This document shows positions 13,096 to 26,264 of a stretch of 64,000 bases of DNA, piece by piece. The translations under genes were made by a program, and so were the position numbers. Within the stretch, counting starts at the first letter, position 1. Every line of letters begins with the position of its first letter. The DNA is from Squalus acanthias (lineage: Eukaryota), in the NCBI GenBank assembly GCA_030390025.1, contig CM059433.1, forward strand, positions 124,001 through 188,000. The letters are read 5' to 3'. The notes beneath the pieces are model-generated. The model was not told the DNA's origin and ran no database searches. It saw only the letters and a program-made list of their open reading frames with translations.

Positions 13096-14552
13096 TCAGT
13101 GCTCGCGTGGCCTCAACTGAGTCTGCATGAGAGCAGTCTCAGATGGGTTCCTGGCAGCCAGTGACTGAATTGCAGCAGTAAGCTTTAGTGTGGCATCCGC
13201 CTGTGCTACAGCGAAGTGCTCCACACTCCTTGCCAGTGCCTCAATGCATTCGGGCACCCTTCCCACTGCACCCATGAGCTCAGTGTGCATGCCCACCGCC
13301 TGGCTGTTCATTTCTGCAATCAGCCGCTCCTCCTCTGCGTCCATTGCATTAGGAGTGTCTGGCATACTCTCCCTCTGGGGAGAAGGCTCCCGTTCTTCCC
13401 TCCCCCCCCCATGGCGTTGCTGCAGCCCGCTGGGTCCTGGAACTTCACCATCATCAGCCCCTTCCCCCCTGCTCCCCCGTTCTTCCCTACCCCCCCAATG
13501 GCGTTGCTGCAGCCCGCTGGGTCCTGGAACTTCACCATCATCAGCCCCTTCGCCCCTGCTCCCCTCCGGGGAAGGCGTGTTCCCAGTGTGGCCATGGGCT
13601 TCCTCGGGAGAGGGTGGCACTGATGCTCCGGCTTCCTCTTCCTCCTCAGCTGCAGCATCACTCCCAGTGGCAGCTTCAGGGACCATCTCCTCAGCTGGTG
13701 AATCACCATCTGAAAGCAGGGAGGTACAAGAGTGGCTTTAGCGTGAGGACAGGGTGGCAGTAAGGGAGGAATAAGTGCAGCGAGTTAGCAAGTTGGATTG
13801 AAAGTGTCAAAGGCTGGTATTGTGAGGGACAAGTGGAAGGACAGAGGACAAAAAGGTGATGACCTTACCATTGCTGTCCACAACGGGGTCGGCGTCTCCA
13901 GTGGCGACGGGACCGATCACCCGGCTTGCCACAATCCTGTGGACGCACTCCTCCAGATCGCTGAGGGGTTGCAGCTGAAGCCGCCCTCCACCCGTCCGTT
14001 GCTGCTGTCTCCGATTATGAGCCAGCTTAGCCTGCAAGAAAAAGGACAGCATCTGAGTCAATATACAGCCATGGTCTTGCCTGATGTGCCTCCCATAGGT
14101 GAATAGCCCTTACTGTATGCAGCCATGGTCTTGCCTGATGTGCCTCCCATAGGTGAATAGCCCTTACTGTATGCAAAGTGTGGAATGTGTGTGTGTGTTT
14201 GATGAAAGGGCCATAGGTGTTGCATGAGTGTTGTGCATTGGGGTTTTAAGACCCTCTGGCCATAGAGTGAGGTTGAGATGGAGGGATGGAGAGGTATTGA
14301 GAAAAAGCCACTCACCCTGACGACCCGAGTGAGGTCGTTGAACTTTTTGCGGCACTGGACATGGGTCCTGGGCACCATGCTCCTGGAGGAGACGCTATGA
14401 GCCACCTCCCTCCACACTCTTCTGAACTCGCGTGGCAAAGGCCTCCTGCCACTCTCCGGGAACAGCATGCATCGTCTGCGCTCCACTGCGTCAACCAGAG
14501 CATCCAAGGCCCGCTCGGTGAAGCGATGAGCGCGTTCTCTCACCCTCTCCAT
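13096..14552 (-). CDS. Harbinger Myb/SANT-like DNA-binding protein, three predicted exons (14552-14316, 14031-13869, 13709-13096)
   Basis: RFTERALDALVDAV..W..VA..VS…RT..QCRKKFNDL, then TGGG in exon 2. GTGAGT/TTGCAG and GTAAGG/TTTCAG splice sites keep the frame into ORF 13096-13686. The C-terminus may be frameshifted. Confidence 0.8.
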
Positions 14553-14920
14553 GCTTGGCAGCAAAATGGATTACAGGTCTCTCCAGGCTGAGATTCAAGG
14601 CTGCAATGAGCAGGGTGTGGCTGGGGAGCAAGTGGCCCCCCCCCGCTTTAAGAAGTGTCCGGCGCCAGTGTGTCTGTGTTCCCTCGCTAACTGGCAGCAG
14701 CTGCGCTGCGCTCGTGCGCTGAGGTAGCGCCTCACTCCTAGGCCTTTGCGCCTTAAGAGAGGTGTGCAGCGCCTAATTTAGCGCTCCACTCACCTCCCGG
14801 GGCGGTAAAAGTGAAGTTTCCTGTCAGTGCCGATAATTAGCGCCAGGCGCTAATATTTGCGCGCGGATGATATTTGCGCCCCAAATGGGGCGCGACCTAA
14901 TTTCTACCCTATGACTCTAA

Positions 14921-15812
14921 GGGGGGAAAATTCAGTTGGCTGCACCTCCCGTTAGCGCCTTAAGAGGGCGCGAATGGGGCGCAAAGCAACTAGCGCCTGG
15001 GCGCAGCGATGTTTGTGTCGCTCACGAAATTAACTAGACATTTTGCGGTGGCATTAAACATTACCGCCACGATCTCCTGCGTCGGCAGATCGTGACGTCA
15101 GTCGAGTGCGCAACGCCCCGGTAGCGCCCCGGAGCTGATATTGAGTGGCGCCCCCTGCCTTACCGCCTGCCGCTAGCAACGACAGGTTGAGGGGAGCGTT
15201 TTGCAGTCAGCAAGGGACTGGGGAGCGCTATTTAAAGGCGACTGATTCCTGCCTTTTTTTGTTGGCGACATTTTTGGACCACGCATTCTGAGAGGGAGCG
15301 AGATAGACTTCTGGAGAGATTCAACGCTGTGTGAAGGAGTTTCGGGTATTGAGCCGCACTTTGCAGGTTCATTTTGATTTGCCCTTCCTTGTATCGATTT
15401 AGAAGAGACGGTGGGGCCTGGACTCTGACCTCTTTCCCTGGGGTTCTCCATTGTTCTTTCCAGCAGATTTGATGTACAGATCTCTCCAGGCCGAGATTCA
15501 AGGCTGCAATGAACAGTATGTGGATGGAAAGCAAGATCAACCATCCCCTTTAAGAACTGGCCGGGGCCATTGTGTCTGTGTTCCATTACTGACTGACATC
15601 ACATGAGCTTCGCCAGCGCTCTGAGGTAGCGCCTCGCTCCTCGGCCTTTGTGCCTGAAGACAGATGTGTAGCGCCTGATTTAGCGCTGCAATCACCTCCA
15701 GGGGCGATAAAAGTCAAGTTTGCAGTCGGAGGCGATAATTAGCGCCAGGCGCTAATCTTTGCGCCCGGCCGATAATTGCGCCCCAAACGGGGCGACACTG
15801 AATTTTTCCCCC
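14921..15812 (+). mobile_element. Non-autonomous Harbinger-family element
   Basis: TIRs GGGGGAAAATTCAG / CTGAATTTTTCCCCC. Both subterminal regions are homologous to the ends of the 11412-14909 element. No transposase. Confidence 0.8.
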
Positions 15813-15824
15813 TATGACTCTATG

Positions 15825-16871
15825 ACTATCTCCCTCTACCTCTCTCTCTCTCTGTCTGTCCCTCTCTCTCTTTCTCCCCCTCTGTCCCTGTCTCTCTCTC
15901 TCTTTCTCCCTCTGTCCCTGTCTCTCTTTCTCTCACCCTCCCAATCTGTCTCTGCCTTTCACTCTCGTGACCTCCCTCTGTCATTGTCTCTCTCTCTCCC
16001 CCATTCTCTCTCTCTCCCCAGTCTCTCTCTCCCTCCTACAGTCTCACCCTCTCCCAGTCTCTCTCTCTCCCTAGTCTCTCACACCCCCAGTCTCTCCCTC
16101 CCTTGTTTCTCACTCTCCCCTAGTCTCTCTGTCTCTCTCCCAATATCTCTCTCTCTCCCCAGTCTCTCTCTCTCTCCCCATCTCTCTCTCTCTCCCCAGT
16201 CTCTCTCTCTCTCCCCAGTCTCTCTCTGTCTCTCTCCATCTCCACCCGTCTCTCTGTCTCTCCCCAGATTCTCTCTCTCACAAGACTCTCGCTCTCTTCC
16301 CCTGTCTCTCTATTTCTCTCCCCCACTCTCTCTCCCCCCTTTCTCTGACCCCCCAGGCTCTCTCTCACCCCAGTCTCTCTCGCTCCCCAGTTCCTCTCTC
16401 TCTCTATTCTCTCTCTCTCTTTCTCTCTCTTCAGCTATCTCTCTTCCCCACTCTCTATCTCTCCCCCTCTGTTACTCCTCGTCTATCTCTCCCGAGTCTC
16501 TCTCTCTCTCTCCCTCTCTCTCTTCCAGTCTCTCTCTCGCTCCCCAGTCTCTCTCTCTTCCAGTCTCTCTCTCGCTCCCCAGACTCTCTCTCTCACGAGT
16601 CTCTCTCTCTCTTTCACTCTCCATGTCTCTCTCACTCACCATTCTCTTTCTCACCCCCTCTATCTCTCTCCCCGTCTCTCTCTTTCCCAGTCTCTCTCCC
16701 TGTTCTCTCTCTCTCCCCAGTCTCTCTTTCTCTTTCCCCCTAGTGTCTCTCTCTCTCCCCAGTCTCTCACTCTCCTCTACTCACTGTCTCTCCCCCCAGT
16801 CTCACTCCCTGTCTCTCTCTCTTCCAGTCTGCCTTTCTCCCCACTATCTGTCTCTCTCCCCGTCTCTCTCA
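15825..16871. repeat. CT-rich low-complexity tract
   Basis: Degenerate (CT)n with CCCCAGT units. Confidence 0.95.
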
Positions 16872-16875
16872 TAAT

Positions 16876-17548
16876 ATGATTGAATTTTACATTCAGTTTG
16901 AGAGAGAGAAGTGTGGGTCCAAGACCAGTATTTTAAACTTAAATAAGGGCAATTATGAGGTCCTGAAAGCAGAGCTAGCTAAAGTGAACTGGCAAATTAG
17001 GTTAAGGGATAGTTCAACAGAGTTGCAGTGGCAGACATTTAAGGGGATATTTCAAAATACACAGAATATATACATTCCAACAAGAAAGAAAAATTCCCAG
17101 TGGAGGACCCACCATCCGTGGTTAACTAAAAAAATTAAAGGTATTAAACTTAAAGAAAAAGCATATAATTGTGCAAAGATGGGTGGCAGGTCAGAAGATT
17201 TGACAGAATATAAAAAACAGCAAAGAATGACTAAAAGATTAATAAGGAGAGAAAAATTAGAGTACGAGAGAAAGCTAGCAAGAAATATAAAAACAGTTAG
17301 TAAGAGTTTCTATAGATATTTAAAAAGAAAAGTGTTAACAAAGTGAGCGTTGGTCCTATAAAAAGTGAGTCTGGGGAATTAATAATGGAAAATAAGGAGA
17401 TGGCAGTTGAATTGAACAGGTATTTTGCATCGGTATTCACTACAGAGGATACAAGTAACATCCCAGAAATAGCTGTAAATCAGGAAGTGGAAGGGGGGGG
17501 AGGAACTTAAGAAAATTATAATCATCAGGGAAGTGGTACTGAGCAAAT
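16876..17548 (+). mobile_element. CR1 ORF2 fragment (linker between endonuclease and RT), degenerate
   Basis: KGNYE.LKAELAKVNW, PWLT, YERKLARNIK..SKSFYRY and MAVELNRYFASVFT motifs, with a frameshift near 17340. Confidence 0.85.
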
Positions 17549-18495
17549 GGACAGATGCATCTGCGACAGGTAGATTGGTGAGGACGAGGTCAAGTAGGTT
17601 TTCCCCTCATGTTGGTTCTCTCAACACCTGTCGCAGGTCCAGACTTGCAGTTATGTCCTTCAGGACTCGGCCAGCAGTGGTGCTAGCAAGCCACATCTTG
17701 GTGATGGACATTGAAGTCCCCCAGCCAGAGTATATTCACTACCCTTGCTACTCTCAGTGCTTCTTCCAGGTGATGTTCAACAAGGCGGAATACTGATTGA
17801 TCAGCTGAGGCAGGGCGGTAGGTGGTAATCAGCAGGTGGTTTCGCTTGCCGGAGTCAATGATGAGGACTCCCAGGGCCAGTCCTTCCCGACTGTATACCA
17901 CGGTGCCGCCACCCCTGGTGGGGCAGGACATACCCAGTGGATGGTGAAGGAGGAGTTTGGGACACTGACTGAAAGGTCTGATTCTGTGAGTATGACCATG
18001 TCAGGCTGTTGCTTGACTGGTCTGTGGGACACCTCTCCCAATTTTAGCACAAGTCCCCAGATGTTGGTGAGGAGGACTTTGCAGGTCGACTGGGCTGGGT
18101 GTGCCGTTGCTGTGTATGGAGCCAGTGCCGAGTTCGATGCCGGGTGATTCGTCCAGTTTCATTCTTATTATTTTGTTTCATAGCGGTTAGTTACAACTGA
18201 GGGCAGTTAAGAATCAACCACATTGCTGTGGGTCTGGAGTCACATATCGGCCAGACCAGCTAAGGACGGCAGATTTCCTTCCCTAAAAGACATTAATGAA
18301 CCAGATGGGTTTTTACGACAATCCGATAGTTTCATGGTTATCATTACTGATACTAGTTTTTTTATTCCAGATTTATTAATTAACTGAATTTAAATTACCC
18401 AGCTGCCATGGTGGGCTTTGAACTCATGTCTCCTGGACCATTAGTCCAGGCCTACTAGATTACTAGCCCAGTGACATTACCACTACACTACCATT
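17549..18495 (-). mobile_element. 5' portion of a non-CR1 LINE: SINE-like head plus APE-type endonuclease fragment
   Basis: QQPDMVILTES, RGGGTVVY, TTYRP and LGDFNVHH endonuclease motifs, preceded by sequence homologous to 172-510. Confidence 0.75.
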
Positions 18496-19344
18496 CCCGT
18501 TATTAGTAGAGCCGCACTGTGTAACTCAGTGAGGACATTACGGTCCCTGGAGTGAAACGGAGAGACTCCGCAGGACGTTGACAGCAGTCTGGGGAGCGCC
18601 TCTCTTTGGGTTGAATTATAATGAGGCGGCCAAAGCTGCAGCTCGTGTTCTAACTGTGGCCGAACCAAAGCCTTGCCTGAATGCATTATCACTTGTTGCT
18701 GTTGCGCTCAATGTCCCTCTCTGTTAAACTCGAATCCCTGCTGCTTTTATTATGGATTTACTCTCTGTACCCGTACTGTCAGGGAATTAAGTCTTTAAAT
18801 CCCGAGATCTGGCTGTTCATCCTCGCCTTTCATTCCATTCAGACCTTGTTCCCACCCCTTGTTATTCACACCGGAATGTGAGGGTAGCTCACCTGTGAAC
18901 AACGAGTTACTGATTCAAACTGGTGACATGTTCTCAATGAGTTGGAACAATATGTGTCCAGGAACTAAGACGGTGCTCACCAAATATGCTTTAGAAGGAC
19001 CTGCAGAGGTTCAGCAGAACACCGGCCTTACACCATTAGGAAGACTGGTTGAGACCAGAATATCAATATTGTTGCTCATCGTTGTTTAGTCACAAGAACA
19101 ACCTTCATTTTTCAACAATACATTTTCATTTTCAGTAACTATCCTTAAACAGAGATGCCTAACATCACTTTGACAACTCAAGTTCCTCCTGCCTCCATCA
19201 TTAGAGCACTTATCAGCAGACAGGTCAGGGTTCAATTGGGGCAGCAGACAATGGGATCTGATGGGGAGACCGAGCCTGCAATATTCTAAACAAACTTCCA
19301 GAACAGTTACAAATACCTACCATTAAAAGACTCCTGACTGTTGC

Positions 19345-19578
19345 AAATGTGAGGTCATTCACATTGGACATAAAAAGGATAAAAGAGGATAGTACTTTCT
19401 AAATGGTGGAAAGCTAGAAACAGTGGAGGGCCAAAGAGACTTGGGGATCTGGTCCATGCACATAGATCAGTAAACAGAAATAATTTAAAAGGCCAATGGA
19501 ATGTTGGCCTTTATATCTAGAAGACTATAATACAAGGGGGTAGAAGTAAGGCTACAACTGTGCAAAGCCCTGGTCAAC
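19345..19578 (+). mobile_element. Highly decayed CR1 RT fragment
   Basis: Remnants of KCEVIH, RDLG, KANGMLAFI and YKG.EV.LQL.KALV. Confidence 0.65.
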
Positions 19579-19579
19579 C

Positions 19580-21082
19580 CATAGAAGCATAGAAGATAGG
19601 AGCAGGAGTAGGCCATTCGGCCCCTCGAGCCTGTTCCGCCATTCAATGAGATCATGGCTTTTCATCCAAATTCAGTACCATATCCCGTGATCCCTTTAGC
19701 CTTAAGAAATATATCTATCTCCTTCTTGAATATATTTAATGAATTGGCATCAACTGCCTTCTGTGGTAGAGAATTCCACAGGTTCACCCCTCTCTGGGTG
19801 AAGAACTTCCTCCTCATCTCAGTCCTAAATGGCTTACCCCTTATCCTTAGATTGTGACCTCTGGATCTGGACTCCCCCGCCATCGGGAACATCCTTCCTG
19901 CATCTAGTCTGTCTAGTCCTGTTAGAATTTTATGAGTTTCAATGAGATCCCCTCTCATTCTTCTAAACTCTAGCGAATATAAGCCTAATCGAGCCAATCT
20001 CTCTTCATACGTCATTCCTGCCATCCCAGATATCAGTCTGGTAAATCTTCGCTGCACTCACTCCATTGCAATAACATCCTTCCTCAGATAAGGTTACCAA
20101 AACTGCACACAATACTCAAGGTGTGGTCTCACCAAGGCCTTGTACAACTGCAGCAAGACATCCTTGCTCCTGTACTCAAATCCTCTCGCTATCAAGGCCA
20201 ACATACCATTTGCCTTCTTAACCGCCTGCTGCACCTGCATGCTTACCTTCAGCGACTGATGCACAAGGACTCTCAGATCTCGTTGCACTTCCCCTTTTCC
20301 CAATCTATTGCCGTACAGATAATAATCTGTCTTCCTGTTTTTGCCACCAAAGTGGATAACCTCGCATTTATCCACATTATACTGCAACTGCCATGCATCT
20401 GCCCAATCACCCAAGCTGTCCAAATCATACTGGAGTTTCTCTGCATCCTCCTCACAGCACACACGCCCACCCAGCTTTGTGTCATTTGCAAACTTAGAGA
20501 TATTACATCTAGTTCCCTCGTCTAGATCATTAATATATATTGTGAATAGCTAGAGTTCAAGGACCGATCTCTGCGGTACCCCACTAGTCACTGCCGGCCA
20601 CTCGGAAAAAGACCCGTTTATTCCAACTTTTTGCTTCCTGTCTGCCAACCAGTTCTCTATCCAAATCAGTACCTTACCCCCAATTCCATGTGCTTTAACT
20701 TTGCACACTAATCTCTTATGCGGGACCTTATCGAAAGCCTTCTGAAAGTCCAAATACATCACATCCACTGGTTCTCCCTTATCTATTGTACCAGTTACAT
20801 CCTCAAAAAATTCCAGAAGTTTAATCAGGCATGATTTCCCTTTTGTAAATCCATGTTGACTTTGTCCGATCCTGTCACTGTTTTCCAAGTGCTCTGCTAT
20901 TACATCTTTTATAATGGACTCTAGCATTTTTCCCACGATGTCAGGCTTACCGGTCTATAATTCCCCATTTTTTCTCTACCACCTTTTTTAAATAGCGAGG
21001 TTACATTAGCTACCCTCCGATCCATGGGAACTGTTCCAGAGTCTATGGAATTTTGAAAGATGACCAGCAATGCATCTACTAT
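19580..21082 (-). mobile_element. 5'-truncated CR1 LINE with frameshifts and stops
   Basis: ORF pieces with KGGREKMGNYRPVSLTS, YLDFQKAFDKVPH, RPHLEYCVQFW and RRMRGDLIE. The tail (TTCTATGC) is at 19580. Confidence 0.93.
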
Positions 21083-21879
21083 GATTGATGCCCCAGGATA
21101 TGGGCACGGAGGGAGGGTGAAAAGAAGCAAATAAAATCAATAATATTCATAATAACATATGTTCTTTACTTCTGTAAATTAAATGTCTGCATTCTGTGAT
21201 TTGAGTGGAGCGGAATACAATGAATGGAAAGATCCCACAGCAGCTTTTGCTCTTAAAACACTCGACAAACATTCCCCAAAAGAGCCCAGTCCAGAAAAAC
21301 AGCAATTAAATTATTCTGAAAATAATAATAAAATAAATATAACATATATATACTTTGCTTTTACAAAAGTCTTGCCTTGTCTTAGTTTTGTTGGGAATTA
21401 ATGGGAGAGTAAGGTCCCACAGCAGGATATGCTCTGACATATCCCACAAATATTCCCCGATAAAGTCCAGTCCACAAAAAAATCAAATGGCTTGTTGGAA
21501 ATATGTAGCTTTGATTTTTACAAGTCTTGAAAGAAAGGCAAAGTAAGATCCCACAGCAGAGCGGTCTGGAATGAAATCAGTATGATCTAATGGTGTATAC
21601 TTTGTTTTTTCAGACAAGAGATGCAGTACCAATGCACACGGCAGATAATTTGAACACAGACAAGCCCTGCATACACACCAGCTTTTGTTCTCTGTCTCTC
21701 TCACACACACAAACACAGGCAAGTCTGCAAAATTGCCAAACAATGCTGTCAGCAATGAAAGAAAGTTGATTTCTCTCATTGCTCTGCTGTGTTTGGCAGT
21801 TTAAAAGTAAAAAAAACACTTTTCAGTATCTTAATTTTTCATTTTGCGGCCTACAAAATTAGGCTTTCTATTCTGCATC

Positions 21880-22125
21880 AAAAGCAAAATTCTGCGGATG
21901 CTGGAAATCTGAAATTAAAACAGAAAATGTTGCAAATACTCAGCAGGTCAGGCAGCATCTGTGGAGAGAGAGAGAAACAGAGTTAATTCAGCTTGATGAC
22001 CTTTTGTCAGATTCTGGCAAGGTTCTGACGACAGGTCATCGAACTGAAATGTTAACTATGCTTCTCCCTCTCTCCACAGACGCTGCCTGACCTGCTGAGT
22101 ATTTGCCGCATTTTCTGTTTTGATT
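21880..22125. mobile_element. Palindromic Penelope-like short element (further copies at ~23850-24100 and ~25670-25920)
   Basis: Inverted arms AATACTCAGCAGGTCAGGCAGCATCTGTGGAGAGA / TCTCTCCACAGACGCTGCCTGACCTGCTGAGTATT. The Penelope assignment is recalled, not computed. Confidence 0.6.
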
Positions 22126-22671
22126 TCTATTCTTCCTGTTGTCTTAATTTCATTTGTCTCTCTCATTGCCTGCCTGCCTTGTCTTGATTTGGGTAGAGTG
22201 GAATAAAATGAATGCAAAGATCCACAAAGACATTTTTCAGTATCTCACTGACTGTCTTGAAGTGAAGTGAAATAAAGTGCAATAAAGTGATACACAACAG
22301 CATTACATGTGGACCAGTCAAGAATGAAATCAATAGGGTTTAATACAACAACAGCAGTTAATAAGACAGCAGTCCACATCTCACACAAACACCAGCTTTT
22401 GCTCTCTCCTCTCTCTCTCTCACTCACACACACACACTCACACCCTGGCCAGCCTTCAGAGGGATGAATGCAGTGTTGGAAAATTAAAACCAAAAATACA
22501 CTTTTCTGTAACTTATCTTTTCACTTTGTGGCCTACAGAAACAGGCTTTCTATTCTGCACCTTGCCTTGTGATTTCATGTCTCGCTCTCTCACTGGCCAT
22601 CTGTCTGTCTGTCTCTCACTCACATACTCTCCCTCCCATCCACAGTGAACTAAAACTTACAGTGACAGGAC

Positions 22672-22918
22672 ACACAGATTCTGCAATTTGCAGACACACA
22701 GACACCCACTCACATACAGACACACTCACACAGACTCTGCAATTTGCAGACTCACAGACACCCACGCACATACAGACACACTCACACAGACTCTGCAATT
22801 TGCAGACTCACAGACACCCACGCACATACAGACACACTCACACAGACTCTGCAATTTGCAGACTCACAGACACCCACGCACATACAGACACACTCACACA
22901 GACTCTGCAATTTGCAGA
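22672..22918. repeat. 56-bp minisatellite, ~4.3 copies
   Basis: Repeated CACAGACTCTGCAATTTGCAGACTCACAGACACCCACGCACATACAGACACACTCA. Confidence 0.9.
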
Positions 22919-25900
22919 AACTCACACACATACATCCATTCTGAAAGGGTGCAGCCTGGAGTGTCTATTTTTGATGATGTCCCTTCCTGGCTGTGCAGCC
23001 ATGTTTGATGAGGACAATCCAACAGGAAGTGGTGAAGCCGAGGCCCCAGAAATCCGGGTCCCCGAGAGGAAATGAAAGCCCGGGAGGGTGATAAGAAGTA
23101 AATACAATCAGGAATAAATAATAATATATATACTTTACTTCTGTTAACTAAATGTCTGCCTGTCTGTGGTTTGCCTGGAGTGTAATAAAATGAATGGAAA
23201 GATCGCACAGCAGCTTTTGCTCTGAAAACATCCCAAGCACATTCCCCAATAAAGCCCAGTTCAGAAATAAATCAAATTGATTTTTCTGAGAATAATTTAA
23301 AAAGTATAATATTTTTTTTTTACAAATTTCTTGTCTTGTTTGAGTTGGGATGAAGGGGAGAGCAAGATCCCACAAACCAGGATGTGCCATGAAACACTCC
23401 ACAAACATTCCCCTATAAAGTCCAGTCCAGAAAAATATCAAATGGATTGATGTACAGTATATATGTAAATTTGCTTTTTACTAAGTTCTTGAAAGAAAGA
23501 CAAAGTAAGATCCCACAACAGTGCAGTCTGGAATTAAATCAGTATGATCTAATGGAGTATATACTTTGTTTTTTTCAGACATGAGATGCAGTACCAATGC
23601 ACACGGCAGATAACTTGAACACAGACAAGTCCTGCATACACACCAGCTTTTGCTCTCTGTCTCTCTCCCACACACACACACACACACACAGGCCAGCCTT
23701 AAAATTGCCACAAATCACGGTCAGCAATGAAAGAAAGTTGATTTATTTCATTGCTCTGCTCTGTTTGGCAGTTTAAAAACAAACATACATTTCTCATTAT
23801 TTTATCTTTTCAGTTTGCGGCCTACAGAAACAGGCTTTCTATTCTGCAACAAAAGCAAATGCTGTGGATGTGGGAAATCTGAAATCAAAACAGAAAATGC
23901 TGGAAATACTCAGCAGGTAAGGCAGCATCTGTGGAGAGAGAGAGAGAAACAGAGTTAATGTTTCAGCTCGATTACCTTTTGTCAGATTCTGGCAAGGTTC
24001 TGACGAAAGGTCATTGAGCTGAAACATTTACTCTGTATCGCTGTATCTCCACTGATGCTGCCTAACATACTGAGTATTTCCAGCATTTTCTGTTTTTATT
24101 TCTATTCTGCATGTTGTCTTGATTTCATGTGTCTCTCTCATTGCCAGCCTGCTTGTCTGCCTTGTCTTGATTTGAGTAGAGTGGAATAAAAAGAATGCAA
24201 AGATCCCAGAGCAGCTTTTATTGTCAGAAAGTCCACAAAGACATTTTTCGGCATCTCACTGACTGTCCGACTTGAAGTGAAGTGAAATGAAATAAAGTGC
24301 AATAAAGTGATACACAACAGCATTACATGTGGACCAGGCCAGAATGAAATCAACAGGGTTTAATACAACAACAGCAGGTAATAAGACAGCAGAACACATC
24401 TCACACAAACACCAGCTTTTGCCCTCGCCCTCGCCCTCGCCCTCTCCCTCTCCCTCTCCCTCTCTCTCTCTCTCACACACACTCACAGCCTGGCCAGCCT
24501 GCAGAGGGATGACTGCCGTGTTGGAAGATTAAAACCAACAAGACACTTTTAAGTATCTTATCATTTCACTTTGTGGCCTACAGAAACAGGCTTTCTATTC
24601 TGCAACTTGCCTTTTGATTTCATGTCTCTCTCTCTCTCTCACAGACTGTCTGTCTGCCACACACACAGTCTTCCTCCCAACCACATTGAACTAAAATTCA
24701 CATTAACATCACTCACACCCTCACACAGACTCTGCAATTGGCAGAAACTCACACTCACACAATTATTTTGAAAAATTCAGAGCCTGGAGTGTCTATTTTT
24801 AATGATGTCCCTTCCTGGTTGTGCGGCCATGTTTGATGAGGACAATCAAACAGGAAGAAGTGAAGCCGAGGGCCCAGAAATCCGGGTCCCCCAGAGGAAA
24901 TGAAAGCCCGGGAGGGTGAAAAGAAGTAAATACAATCAGGAAAAAATAATATATATACTTTACTTCTGTTAACTAAATGTCTGCCTGTCTGTGGTTTGCC
25001 TGGAGTGTAATAAAATGAATGGAAAGATCGCACAGCAAGTTTTGCTCTGAAAAAAATCCCAAGCACATTCCCCAATAAAGCCCAGTCCAGAAAAAAATCA
25101 AATGGATTATTCTGAAAATAATTTATAAAATATAATATATACTTTTTTTTTTAAGTGTCTTGTTTTGTTTGGGTTGGGCTGAAGGGGAGAGTAAGATCCC
25201 ACAACAGGAAATGCCATGAAACACTCCACAAACATTCCCCAATAAAGTCCAGTCCAGAAAAATATCAAATGGCTTGATGTATATATGTAGAATTGCTTTT
25301 TTACAAAATTCTTGAAAGAAAGACAAAGTAAGATCCCACAACAGAGCAGTCTGGAATTAAATCAATACGATAAAATGGAGTAAACTTTCTGTTTTTTTCA
25401 GACATGAGATGCAGTACCAATGCACATGGCAGATAACTTGAACACAGACAAGCCCTGCATACACACCAGCTTTTGCTGTCTGTCTGTCTCTCTCTCTCAC
25501 ACACACACAGGCCAGCCTGCAAAATCGCCACAAATCACTGTCAGCAATGAAAGAAAGTTGATTTCTATCATTGTTCTGCTCTGTTTGGCAGTTTAAAAGC
25601 AAACAGACAGTTTTGAGTATTTTATCTTTTCAGTTTGCGGCCTACAGCAACAGGCTTTCTATTCTTCATCAAAAGCAAATGCTATGGATGTAGGAAAACT
25701 TAAATCAAAACAGGAAATGCTGGAAATACTCAGCAGGTAAGGCAGCATCCGTGGAGAGAGAGAGAAACAGAGTTAATGTTTCAGCTCGATTACCTTTTGT
25801 CAGATTCTGGCAAGGTTCTGTCGAAAGGTTAACGAGCTGAAACAGTTACTCTGTTTCTCTGTATCTCCACTGATGCTGCCTAATATACTGAGTATTTGCA

Positions 25901-26230
25901 GCATTTTCTGTTTTCATTTCTATTCTGCATGTTGTCTTGATTTCATGTGTCTCTCTCACTGCCTGCCTGCCTTGTCTTGATTGGAGTAGAGTGGAATAAA
26001 AAGAATGCAAAGATCCCAGAGCATCTTTTATTGTCAGACAGTCCACAAAGACATTTTTCAATATCTCACTGACTGACTGTCTGTCTTGAAGGGAAGTGAA
26101 ATGAAATAAATTGCAATAAAGTGATACACAACAGCAATACATGTGGACCAGAATGAAATCAATAGGGTTTAATACAACAACAGCGGGTAATAAGACAGCA
26201 GAACACATCTCACACAAACACCAGCTTTTG

Positions 26231-26264
<34 letters not shown>

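Larger units (their letters stand above)
11412..14909 (+). mobile_element. PIF/Harbinger DNA transposon (internally disrupted)
   Basis: Terminal inverted repeats GGG(G)TAAAAATT / AATTTCTACCC, flanked by TAT on both sides. Contains convergent transposase and Myb/SANT genes. Confidence 0.85.

Noticed and set aside
15759..16874. 371-aa SL-rich ORF
   Set aside because: Low-complexity CT tract artefact.
22569..23075. Repetitive ORFs or a CRISPR-like periodicity
   Set aside because: A 56-bp minisatellite with no unique spacers, in a eukaryotic context.
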